This document shows, in pieces, positions 1-6,763 of a DNA stretch of 46,685 nt (its first letter is position 1; every line of letters begins with the position of its first letter). The DNA comes from a virus. Lineage: Duplodnaviria > Caudoviricetes. The translations under genes were made by a program, and so were the position numbers. The DNA is taken from positions 1-46,685 of IMG/VR virus record IMGVR_UViG_3300033562_000494, one strand, 5' to 3'. The notes under the pieces are model-generated. The model did not search any database and was not told the origin of the DNA. It worked only from the letters and a program-made list of their open reading frames with translations.

Positions 1-387
1 CAAACGGGGGTCGCAAGCGGCGACACTCAAGGGCCAGTAGAGTATTACTCAACTGGCTACTCCATGCTGCCGAAAGGCATGGATATCGGCGACGGACTTG
101 AGTGGCTAGAGGCGTGGCAAAACGAGTATGACCTGACCGCCCTATTGGGGCAGAAACCGATATGCGGTGGTGTGTCGGTTGCGGAAGTCCTTAAAAGGCT
201 GGTTGATGCGCAAAAGAGTTGCAGCAGCAATAAGCTGCTGGCTGCGGCGGTGACTGGCCTATTGCCGCTCGGCGGGGTTTTAAAATTCTTTCGGGGAGGT
301 AGCACAGTCCCTATATGGGTGGTGTCGGTTGTGGGCGGCGCGGAGTGGCAATGGGACTCTACTTTCTCACGGGCGGAGCAAGTTTAA
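1..387 (+). CDS. Hypothetical protein, probably 5'-truncated
   Basis: The frame is open from position 1 through the listed ATG at 64 to TAA at 385-387; no recognisable motif. Confidence 0.55.
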   Translation, partial: QTGVASGDTQGPVEYYSTGYSMLPKGMDIGDGLEWLEAWQNEYDLTALLGQKPICGGVSVAEVLKRLVDAQKSCSSNKLLAAAVTGLLPLGGVLKFFRGGSTVPIWVVSVVGGAEWQWDSTFSRAEQV

Positions 388-404
388 AAAAAGGAAAAAT
401 AAAT

Positions 405-566
405 ATGAATAAAAAACAAAAGGAACAGCTCGCTAACATGAGGATGCTTTTACGAGCACTACAGGGCAAAGCCAGCGTAGAAGCCGCTGGGAAAAAACTA
501 AACAAGGCGCAGGTAGAATTACTCGCATATGCTATGTATGCCCGCGCTATCGGAGTAAAGGTTTGA
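405..566 (+). CDS. Small basic hypothetical protein (53 aa)
   Basis: ATG at 405 follows AAAAAAAGGAAAAATAAAT, the same RBS cassette as the next gene; start reassigned from 315. Confidence 0.7.
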   Translation: MNKKQKEQLANMRMLLRALQGKASVEAAGKKLNKAQVELLAYAMYARAIGVKV

Positions 567-599
567 CTAAATAAATAAACAAAAAAAGGAAAAATAAAT

Positions 600-1100
600 A
601 TGAAAAAAACAGTAAAAAGTAAAAAAGTAACTAAGGCAATCTTTGCATTGCCAGATGGTTTGGAGTACAAAAACAGCCAGCATCTGCTGGCCATGGCCAG
701 CGACTGGCTCTTGTCCCGTGATGGGATGGACGGCAGGCGTCCTAAGAAGGGAAAGCCTGCTTACAGGCAACCTCTCCAAAAAATGGTTTTGGAGCAAGGA
801 CAGCCGTATAGTGTATCTATGCTTTGGTCAGAAGTCAAAGGTCTGCCGCTTGCGGCAGTAAAACCGCCAAGTCTGGTAGAGTTGGAGGCGGGTTATACCG
901 CCTACGAAATGCCCCTGCGCGGGGCGATCGGGGCGAACCCTGTTTTGCTCTTAGGGGAGAGCGAGGACTGGAGGCTGGTGGTGTATCTTAACTGCGCCTC
1001 ATGGGCGCACAAAGCGGCGTGCGTAGCCGCAGAGACGGCCAACGCCCGCAACCACGCACTTCTCAAGTGCGTAGAGGAAGCGGAACTTTGGTTCATCTAA
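600..1100 (+). CDS. Hypothetical protein (166 aa)
   Basis: AAGGA RBS, followed by a terminator hairpin; no motif recognised. Confidence 0.75.
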   Translation: MKKTVKSKKVTKAIFALPDGLEYKNSQHLLAMASDWLLSRDGMDGRRPKKGKPAYRQPLQKMVLEQGQPYSVSMLWSEVKGLPLAAVKPPSLVELEAGYTAYEMPLRGAIGANPVLLLGESEDWRLVVYLNCASWAHKAACVAAETANARNHALLKCVEEAELWFI

Positions 1101-1117
1101 TCAGATAAACCTTAACA

Positions 1118-1153
1118 AAGATAGCCCATGACAATATGGGCTATCTTCTTTTT
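1118..1153 (+). terminator. Intrinsic terminator
   Basis: AAGATAGCCCAT-gacaat-ATGGGCTATCTT, a 12-bp stem followed by CTTTTT. Confidence 0.8.
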
Positions 1154-1175
1154 GTCCAGACAGGCTATATGCCGT

Positions 1176-1425
1176 GGCAAGCGACATTCCAGTTTGCTCC
1201 CTTTTAGTATTAACTTGTCCTGACAGTGGGCAAGCGACTTTCCAGTTTCGAGCAATTTATTATTAACTTGTATTGCCACCGAAACAGAGGTAAGCGATCG
1301 TTTCACTTTGCATCCATGAAGGTATTAACTTGTATTACCACTGGAACAACGGTAAGCGACTTCTCCCTTTGCACTCCCGAAAGTATTAACTTGTTCTGAC
1401 ATGGTAGTGCAACCTACTAACTTGT
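1176..1425. repeat. Degenerate tandem repeats (~53-62 bp unit) in a non-coding region
   Basis: TATTAACTTGT at 1208, 1261, 1323, 1384 (variant at 1415; another copy at 1610), alternating with GGYAAGCGAY at 1176, 1229, 1289, 1351. Confidence 0.85.
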
Positions 1426-1550
1426 GTTGCCGTGTTGGTGCAAGCCCTTAAAACTTGGCTAAGCCCACCAAGTGACTCCCAAGACTGTTAGGTAGCTCCT
1501 AGCCCCCTCCTAGCTCCATTAAACCGCCCCTGATAGGCACACCCTTTTGA

Positions 1551-1568
1551 TAATTTAGACCTAAATTC
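1551..1568. promoter_or_regulatory. 18-bp palindromic motif copy
   Basis: TAATTTAGACCTAAATTC, ~50 bp upstream of a sigma70-like promoter. Confidence 0.8.
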
Positions 1569-1616
1569 CATATTTTCGCTGGTTTAAAATTCTTTTTACT
1601 TGGCATCATTATTAAC

Positions 1617-1645
1617 TTGTGCTACCAAGTTGGTGTTGCTATAAT
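1617..1645 (+). promoter_or_regulatory. Sigma70-like promoter with extended -10
   Basis: TTGTGC-N17-TATAAT with TG at the extended -10 position (TGcTATAAT). Confidence 0.7.
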
Positions 1646-1693
1646 GAGTGCGTTGACAATCATAGTATAGTAACAACCAAAAAGGAGCCAACG

Positions 1694-1912
1694 ATGAAAA
1701 CTTATCAGCAGATGAACAAGACGCAGCAGGCAGTTGCCGTGAATACTGCCTCTAACTACTTACTTTTAATCGAGATGGGTCAGTATAGCCACCCACCCGT
1801 AACTTTGGTGGAGCTTAAATCGGCTTTGACTGCCTATGACGCGGCGGCTAAAGTGATTAAGCGTGAGATTTATTTGAAACAGCAAGCCAAAAAGAGCGAG
1901 CGTTCAGTTTAA
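1694..1912 (+). CDS. Hypothetical protein (72 aa)
   Basis: AAGGAG RBS before ATG at 1694, downstream of the promoter; start reassigned from 1619. Confidence 0.75.
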   Translation: MKTYQQMNKTQQAVAVNTASNYLLLIEMGQYSHPPVTLVELKSALTAYDAAAKVIKREIYLKQQAKKSERSV

Positions 1913-1949
1913 ACCATTTCCTACGACTGCCGAGTGGCAGCGGCGGGGG

Positions 1950-1996
1950 CGGCAGCCCCTTGAAGTTTTGTATCGTTCCTTCTTCAAGGGCTGCCG
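1950..1996 (+). terminator. Long hairpin, possible terminator or attenuator
   Basis: CGGCAGCCCCTTGAAG ... CTTCAAGGGCTGCCG followed by TTAGTTTT. Confidence 0.55.
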
Positions 1997-2038
1997 TTAG
2001 TTTTGAAAAAAGGAATATTAATAAAGGAAATCACAGTT

Positions 2039-2401
2039 ATGAAAGAACTATTGAGTTTGAAGGTAGCGTTATTAGCGGACTATTTTTGTGAGCACTACAA
2101 AGTTTACCTTATTTTGGGCTGCTTGTTGATTGGCATTGTTGTCCCTATTCTCCTTGCCCAGCTTGCCCGCCTTCCCGAAGGTGGTGTCCCTCCTGCTGGA
2201 TGGAAAGTTGAAGTCCTCGACTCTTCGGCGTTTATCAATCGAGTCAAGCAGGTGACTGCACCAGACGGTCGCACATGGATTATTTACGAAGCCGATACGG
2301 GCGGCTGCTTGGAGCTAGACCGCGTTGACCCAACGCAGAATTTTGGAATAGAAGAATTTCGTGCAACAGAAGAATTTCGTGCAACAGAAGAATTTCGGTA
2401 A
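2039..2401 (+). CDS. Putative single-pass membrane protein
   Basis: Hydrophobic stretch VYLILGCLLIGIVVPILLA; ATG at 2039 after AAGGAA; C-terminal EEFRAT repeat. Confidence 0.65.
   Translation: MKELLSLKVALLADYFCEHYKVYLILGCLLIGIVVPILLAQLARLPEGGVPPAGWKVEVLDSSAFINRVKQVTAPDGRTWIIYEADTGGCLELDRVDPTQNFGIEEFRATEEFRATEEFR
2350..2397 (+). repeat. 18-bp tandem repeat (x2.7)
   Basis: AGAAGAATTTCGTGCAAC repeated exactly; encodes EEFRAT. Confidence 0.9.
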
Positions 2402-2433
2402 AACTTGGTAAAAACCTAAAAAGGAGTATCAAT

Positions 2434-2787
2434 ATGGCAAAAGTATGCAAACATTGTGGGCTTCCAGAAGCGAAGCATTATAACCCCGCGCCTTTACTTC
2501 CTTCGGTAGCTGCCCCTTCGGTAGTTGCTAAGGAGGAAGACGCACCTAATAAGGACAAAAAGCGAATCGTGGTAGATGTAGATGATGAAGAGCTTTCGCA
2601 TTTGGAACAAGCAGAAGCCCGCAAGAAGTTTATTGCGGCGCAACTGGATGGCATAAGACCTAGGCTTATTCAAGCCATGGCCGACTATATCATTCCCAAG
2701 CTCGCTTGCCCTTTTGCACCTTCTATTAAGCGCGAGAACCCTCGGGTTAAGTCATTCAGTTCACTATTCACTTGGGAGGCTTGCTGA
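2434..2787 (+). CDS. Hypothetical protein with N-terminal CxxC...H motif
   Basis: AAGGAG RBS; CKHCGLPEAKH. Confidence 0.7.
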   Translation: MAKVCKHCGLPEAKHYNPAPLLPSVAAPSVVAKEEDAPNKDKKRIVVDVDDEELSHLEQAEARKKFIAAQLDGIRPRLIQAMADYIIPKLACPFAPSIKRENPRVKSFSSLFTWEAC

Positions 2788-2789
2788 TT

Positions 2790-3236
2790 ATGGAAACACC
2801 AGAATATAAGTTCGGCGATTTGATTCTTTGCGCTTTATCCCCTACTGCCCCTGCGGAGGATTGGGTTTTGCAAGTGTTCCTTGGTCAGTGTGAAACGGGC
2901 GACTGTTTATGCACGACCGTAGAGGGGTTTAGGACAGCCTCTAAAACAGATAAGTCGGCTCCTTTTTATCGGATGCCCTATTATCAGCCTTATGTCTCTC
3001 CTACTCGGAAGATGACTGCGAAAGAATTAGCAGGGAAATGGGTTCGCAATATAAAAGACGGGCCCGCTAGGTTAGTCATCGGTATCTCTCAAAGCGGCGA
3101 CGATTTTATCTACGCGGCTTTGCTAAGCATGGACGAGGATAGAGAAATCGGAGAGTTTAAGGCTTCGGATATGAAAGAATACTCAGAAAACCCTGGCGAC
3201 GATAATTCGTGGAAATCAACGGAGGTAGCGCGATGA
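2790..3236 (+). CDS. Hypothetical protein
   Basis: GGGAGG RBS before ATG at 2790; ATGA overlap with the next gene. Confidence 0.7.
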   Translation: METPEYKFGDLILCALSPTAPAEDWVLQVFLGQCETGDCLCTTVEGFRTASKTDKSAPFYRMPYYQPYVSPTRKMTAKELAGKWVRNIKDGPARLVIGISQSGDDFIYAALLSMDEDREIGEFKASDMKEYSENPGDDNSWKSTEVAR

Positions 3237-4024
3237 AATTATTTAGACCTAAATTATCTCAGGAGCCAAAAGCTCCTAAAATTCCTAGCGAAGTTACTAA
3301 GCTGCTGGAGCTTGTTGCTTCGGGGCATATCCACTCCCTCGAAAAACAAACGCGCTACTGCCAGTGGGCGGTGAGCGATTACTTATTTGTGTTCGGCGAG
3401 CACACTTTAGTTTGGACAGACTCTTGTTTGCTCGTCCAGACCGAAGTTACGCCGAAGCTCGGCGGCGGCATCCGCTGTATTAGGGACGAGTGGGGTATTC
3501 TAACCAAGCCGCACACGGTGTATAAGTTCCCCACCCCGTTACTCGGGAGTAGCTTGCGAGCTTTGCATAATGTGGTGTCTCCTTACTTTGGGGAAGAGCG
3601 TTATGAGAAGTATAATCATTCGGGCGGCGAACGGATTGTAGTCAAGAAGCCTGTAGCTTTCTTGACCAAGATGAAGAGAATAGATGGCAAAGTTAATCTA
3701 TTCTCATTAGAAGACGGACAAGCAGACCCTTGCTGGATAAGCGCAGCTTACCTCGACAAAATCGTTGCTATCTTGGAAGCGTATGATGTTTCGGCAGTTG
3801 AAATTACATTCGCAGCAAAAGACTCGGTGCGCCCCACGGAGTGCTTTGAGTTTATCAGCGACGATATTTACATCGTGTGTAGTGCTATGTTCAACCAGGT
3901 AGCTGAAAAACCGCTGAAAGAAGAAGACGGGCGCGTTAAGCTTTCTTCCGCTGATTGCGGTAACATTGGGCGCAGCGTAGCTAAGAAAGTAGTTGTTGTA
4001 ACGGAAGACGACGATGAAGATTAA
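3233..4024 (+). CDS. Hypothetical protein; C-terminal region weakly resembles a sliding-clamp domain
   Basis: GGAGG RBS before ATG at 3233; ISAAYLDKIVAIL...VEITF...DDIYIVCSAM pattern; acidic tail. The function is speculative. Confidence 0.6.
   Translation: MKLFRPKLSQEPKAPKIPSEVTKLLELVASGHIHSLEKQTRYCQWAVSDYLFVFGEHTLVWTDSCLLVQTEVTPKLGGGIRCIRDEWGILTKPHTVYKFPTPLLGSSLRALHNVVSPYFGEERYEKYNHSGGERIVVKKPVAFLTKMKRIDGKVNLFSLEDGQADPCWISAAYLDKIVAILEAYDVSAVEITFAAKDSVRPTECFEFISDDIYIVCSAMFNQVAEKPLKEEDGRVKLSSADCGNIGRSVAKKVVVVTEDDDED
3239..3256. promoter_or_regulatory. 18-bp palindromic motif copy in codons 3-8 of a CDS
   Basis: TTATTTAGACCTAAATTA, encoding LFRPKL. Confidence 0.75.
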
Positions 4025-4517
4025 AAAGTATTCGGCTCCTACGATTCTGCCGACTAATGCACCCAAGCCCGTCTTGGTGGATAGAAAATGGAGGAATTTG
4101 TTAAACAAGATAGGCTGGCGATGGCTCCCTTCCATGCGCCTGATACGCGGGAGTGTTAAAGGAAAGCGGTGGCTGATGCACAAGTATATTGCAACAAAAT
4201 TAGCTAAGAAGCCTTGGGACGAAGTATTCTTTGAAAACGGCGACCGCTTCGACATGCGCCTAGTTAATCTGCGCCCTTACGACCGCTCTTTCGACGGCGC
4301 GACCAGAAAAGTGTTCAAAGGGCGCAAAAGAAAGGGCGTTTATTTCAACCGCTCTACTTTACATTGGTATGCTTTGCTCAAGTTTAGGAACAAACTCCAC
4401 TATTTAGGAACTTTTAAGAGCGCAGACGGAGCCGCCAGAGCTTATTTGGATGCCCGCAAACAGATTTTAGCGAATAAATCTTTTGGCAGCGTGCCTAAGT
4501 TATTCGGCGATAAATAG
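4014..4517 (+). CDS. HNH-AP2 family DNA-binding protein with degenerate nuclease motif
   Basis: MHKYI...VFFENGDRFDMRLVNLR (HNH-like, lacking the catalytic His) followed by an AP2-type domain KGVYF...WYA...HYLGTFKSADGAARAY. Confidence 0.75.
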   Translation: MKIKKYSAPTILPTNAPKPVLVDRKWRNLLNKIGWRWLPSMRLIRGSVKGKRWLMHKYIATKLAKKPWDEVFFENGDRFDMRLVNLRPYDRSFDGATRKVFKGRKRKGVYFNRSTLHWYALLKFRNKLHYLGTFKSADGAARAYLDARKQILANKSFGSVPKLFGDK

Positions 4518-4530
4518 TTAGAGGTAATCC

Positions 4531-4558
4531 TTGCACGGATTTATTATTTAACTAAAAT
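4531..4558 (+). promoter_or_regulatory. Putative sigma70-like promoter
   Basis: TTGCAC-N16-TAAAAT in the intergenic region upstream of 4656. Confidence 0.5.
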
Positions 4559-4655
4559 GATTTTACCGCACAAATACTAAGTTGAGCTACCGAGTGGCAG
4601 CTTTGACGCAGGTAAGCGTGTTGTATTAAACCAAAACAGAAAAGGAAATTGCAAA

Positions 4656-5432
4656 ATGAAAGACCTGACGAAATTAGAAAACGCGATTGATGCACTCAAG
4701 GAAGCCCTGCTGGAAGTTCTTGAATCTTCTGGAGGTTCTGCCTCTACCCAAGGAGCAGACGAAGTTAGCCTTGCTGAGGCCAAAATTGACGACATGACGA
4801 TGGAAGAGCTTACTACCCTTGCCAACGCCGTTCGTATTCCAACGGACAGTCTCGAAGAAGAGGACTTGCGTGGCTTGCTCACCACGGCGCAGAAAGTGGT
4901 AGCTGATGACACAGTGACCCCACGGGCAATCAAGATGCTCGCTTTGTCCATCGGGCTGACACCCTCGAAAGATGCGGAAGAAACCATAGCAGAAGTTGCT
5001 ACCTACTTGACTACACCAGCAGAGGACGAAGTTCCTGAAAAAGCCAAGAAGTCAAAGAAGGCCGCTGCAACAGTCGAGGACGATGATGATGATTCTGTGG
5101 AAGAAGTTTCTGAGGAGGATAAACTCGAAAGACTCAACGCCTACAACGAAGTTGCAGATGAAGCAATCGAGTTTGACGCCTCCTCAAGCAAAGCGGTTAA
5201 GTCAGCTTACGCGAAACTCGAAAAGCTCTTGAAAAACGATGACGGCGAGCTTATCGAGTGGGGCGTTCCTTATATCAAAGATGGCAGCGGCTTCTGCTGC
5301 GGTCTTGAACTCGATGAAGTCAAAGTCAAGGGCGTGTCTGATGCGCTAGGCAAGTGCTTGGTGACAGACAAGACCTTCAAGTATGACAGCGACACGGATA
5401 CCTTCGCCCCTTACAAAGCGGCGAAGAAATAA
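4656..5432 (+). CDS. Highly acidic hypothetical protein (258 aa)
   Basis: D/E-rich with a poly-D tract; short helical module IDDMTMEELTTLA; C-terminal CC...C; has its own putative promoter and terminator. Confidence 0.8.
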   Translation: MKDLTKLENAIDALKEALLEVLESSGGSASTQGADEVSLAEAKIDDMTMEELTTLANAVRIPTDSLEEEDLRGLLTTAQKVVADDTVTPRAIKMLALSIGLTPSKDAEETIAEVATYLTTPAEDEVPEKAKKSKKAAATVEDDDDDSVEEVSEEDKLERLNAYNEVADEAIEFDASSSKAVKSAYAKLEKLLKNDDGELIEWGVPYIKDGSGFCCGLELDEVKVKGVSDALGKCLVTDKTFKYDSDTDTFAPYKAAKK

Positions 5433-5453
5433 ACTGAACCCCATTTGAAGTGT

Positions 5454-5484
5454 AAGGCGAGGGACAACCAACCTCGCCTTTTTT
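5454..5484 (+). terminator. Intrinsic terminator
   Basis: AAGGCGAGG-gacaaccaa-CCTCGCCTT followed by TTTT. Confidence 0.8.
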
Positions 5485-5489
5485 ATTAA

Positions 5490-5507
5490 AAATTTAGCTC
5501 TAAATTA
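5490..5507. promoter_or_regulatory. 18-bp palindromic motif copy
   Basis: AAATTTAGCTCTAAATTA, ending 3 nt before the ATG of the AAA ATPase. Confidence 0.85.
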
Positions 5508-5510
5508 TTT

Positions 5511-6719
5511 ATGCCTAAGAAAAGAAAAGTGACCATTGCAGATACTACCGAGGAACTCCGAGACGATTACTGCGAGCTTTTTGACAGCATGGAGCGTCGT
5601 GTTATAGGCCACAGTTCTGCCTTGCACAAAGTTAAGCTCGCCTTGCTTATCAAAGAACATGTCATGCTCTCAGGCAAGCACGGACTAGCTAAGTCCTTTC
5701 TTGCTAGTGAAGTTTTTGCCTCCTTTCGAGGGGCATGTTTTTATAAGAAGCAACTATCTAAAAGCACCCAAGCAGAAGAACTTTTCGGCCCCCTAAATCT
5801 TAAAAAATACCAAGAAGAAGCTATTTGGGAGAACAACACAAAAGGGATGCTCCCTACTGCCCACTTCGTTTTCTTGGATGAAGTGTATCGCGCCGCCGAT
5901 ATGCTCCTGCCTACTTTGTTGGGTATATTGAACGAGCGTGAAGTCATTAACGGGGGAATTAAGTATATCTGCCCCTTACAGACCGCGATTGGAACCACCA
6001 ACTTTATCACCACCCAAAACGCCCAGCTAGATGCTTTCCATGACCGCTGGCTTTTTTGGGACGAAATGAGTCCCTTGGGGCGAACAGATAAGATCAGTAT
6101 GTTAATTCGCCAGACCGACCAGACGAGCGCACGAAAGCACACGATGGCGTATGCTGACTTGGTTATCTTGCAAGAGAAAGTTGCAGCTCTTCCCATAGAG
6201 GAGGAAACTTTAACCCTCCTCGTTGAAATGTCGGAGATGTTTGCGAGTAAAGACCCCGACACTTATATTTCAGACAGACGGCTTTGCCAGATTGTAAAAG
6301 GGATCAAAGCCATCGCCTTCTTAGAAGGAGCCTCGATTGCATCACCAGAGCATCTGGTAGTCTTTAGCAAAATGTTGCCTTACTCGACCACGCAGCGATC
6401 TAAACTAGATATGCTCGCAGGAACAACTTATTCGACTCTCGTAGGTTCTTATATTACAGAGAGAGAGGAGAACACTAAGCTTTCTGCCTTTGAACAAGAA
6501 GTGCTATCTATTTATAGGCGATGCGATAGCTCTCTTAGTAGCTCGGCAAAGCAACTTCTTATGGAAGTTTCGCAAGAACTTAGAGATGAGATTCTCAGCT
6601 TTAATGCCGTTACGCCTAATGGGATGAACAAGCGAGGCCACATGCTTAATCGCTTAATCGATATCTTAGCGATGTGTGGAGCAGTATCTCCTGCCGTTCC
6701 TGCGATTCCCGCCAGCTAA
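5511..6719 (+). CDS. MoxR/RavA-like AAA+ ATPase
   Basis: Walker A GKHGLAKS, EELFGP, Walker B FVFLDEVYRA, LLGILNER, AFHDRW arginine finger, ISDRR sensor 2; adjacent to a vWA gene. Confidence 0.9.
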   Translation: MPKKRKVTIADTTEELRDDYCELFDSMERRVIGHSSALHKVKLALLIKEHVMLSGKHGLAKSFLASEVFASFRGACFYKKQLSKSTQAEELFGPLNLKKYQEEAIWENNTKGMLPTAHFVFLDEVYRAADMLLPTLLGILNEREVINGGIKYICPLQTAIGTTNFITTQNAQLDAFHDRWLFWDEMSPLGRTDKISMLIRQTDQTSARKHTMAYADLVILQEKVAALPIEEETLTLLVEMSEMFASKDPDTYISDRRLCQIVKGIKAIAFLEGASIASPEHLVVFSKMLPYSTTQRSKLDMLAGTTYSTLVGSYITEREENTKLSAFEQEVLSIYRRCDSSLSSSAKQLLMEVSQELRDEILSFNAVTPNGMNKRGHMLNRLIDILAMCGAVSPAVPAIPAS

Positions 6720-6720
6720 A

Positions 6721-6738
6721 TAATTTAGACCTAAACTA
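6721..6738. promoter_or_regulatory. 18-bp palindromic motif copy
   Basis: TAATTTAGACCTAAACTA between the AAA and vWA genes. Confidence 0.85.
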
Positions 6739-6763
6739 ATAAAACAAAAAAGGAAAAACCAAA

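Noticed and set aside
1112-1306. 64-aa minus-strand ORF in the repeat region
   Set aside because: It overlaps a terminator and the repeats, has no evident RBS, and would be the only minus-strand gene.
1176-1425. CRISPR or mini-CRISPR array
   Set aside because: The conserved blocks are only 10-11 bp, the intervening sequences resemble each other, the period is irregular and no cas genes are present.
4581-4640. tRNA suggested by the D-arm-like CCGAGTGG (also at 1930)
   Set aside because: No T-arm GTTCRA, acceptor stem or anticodon arm could be formed.
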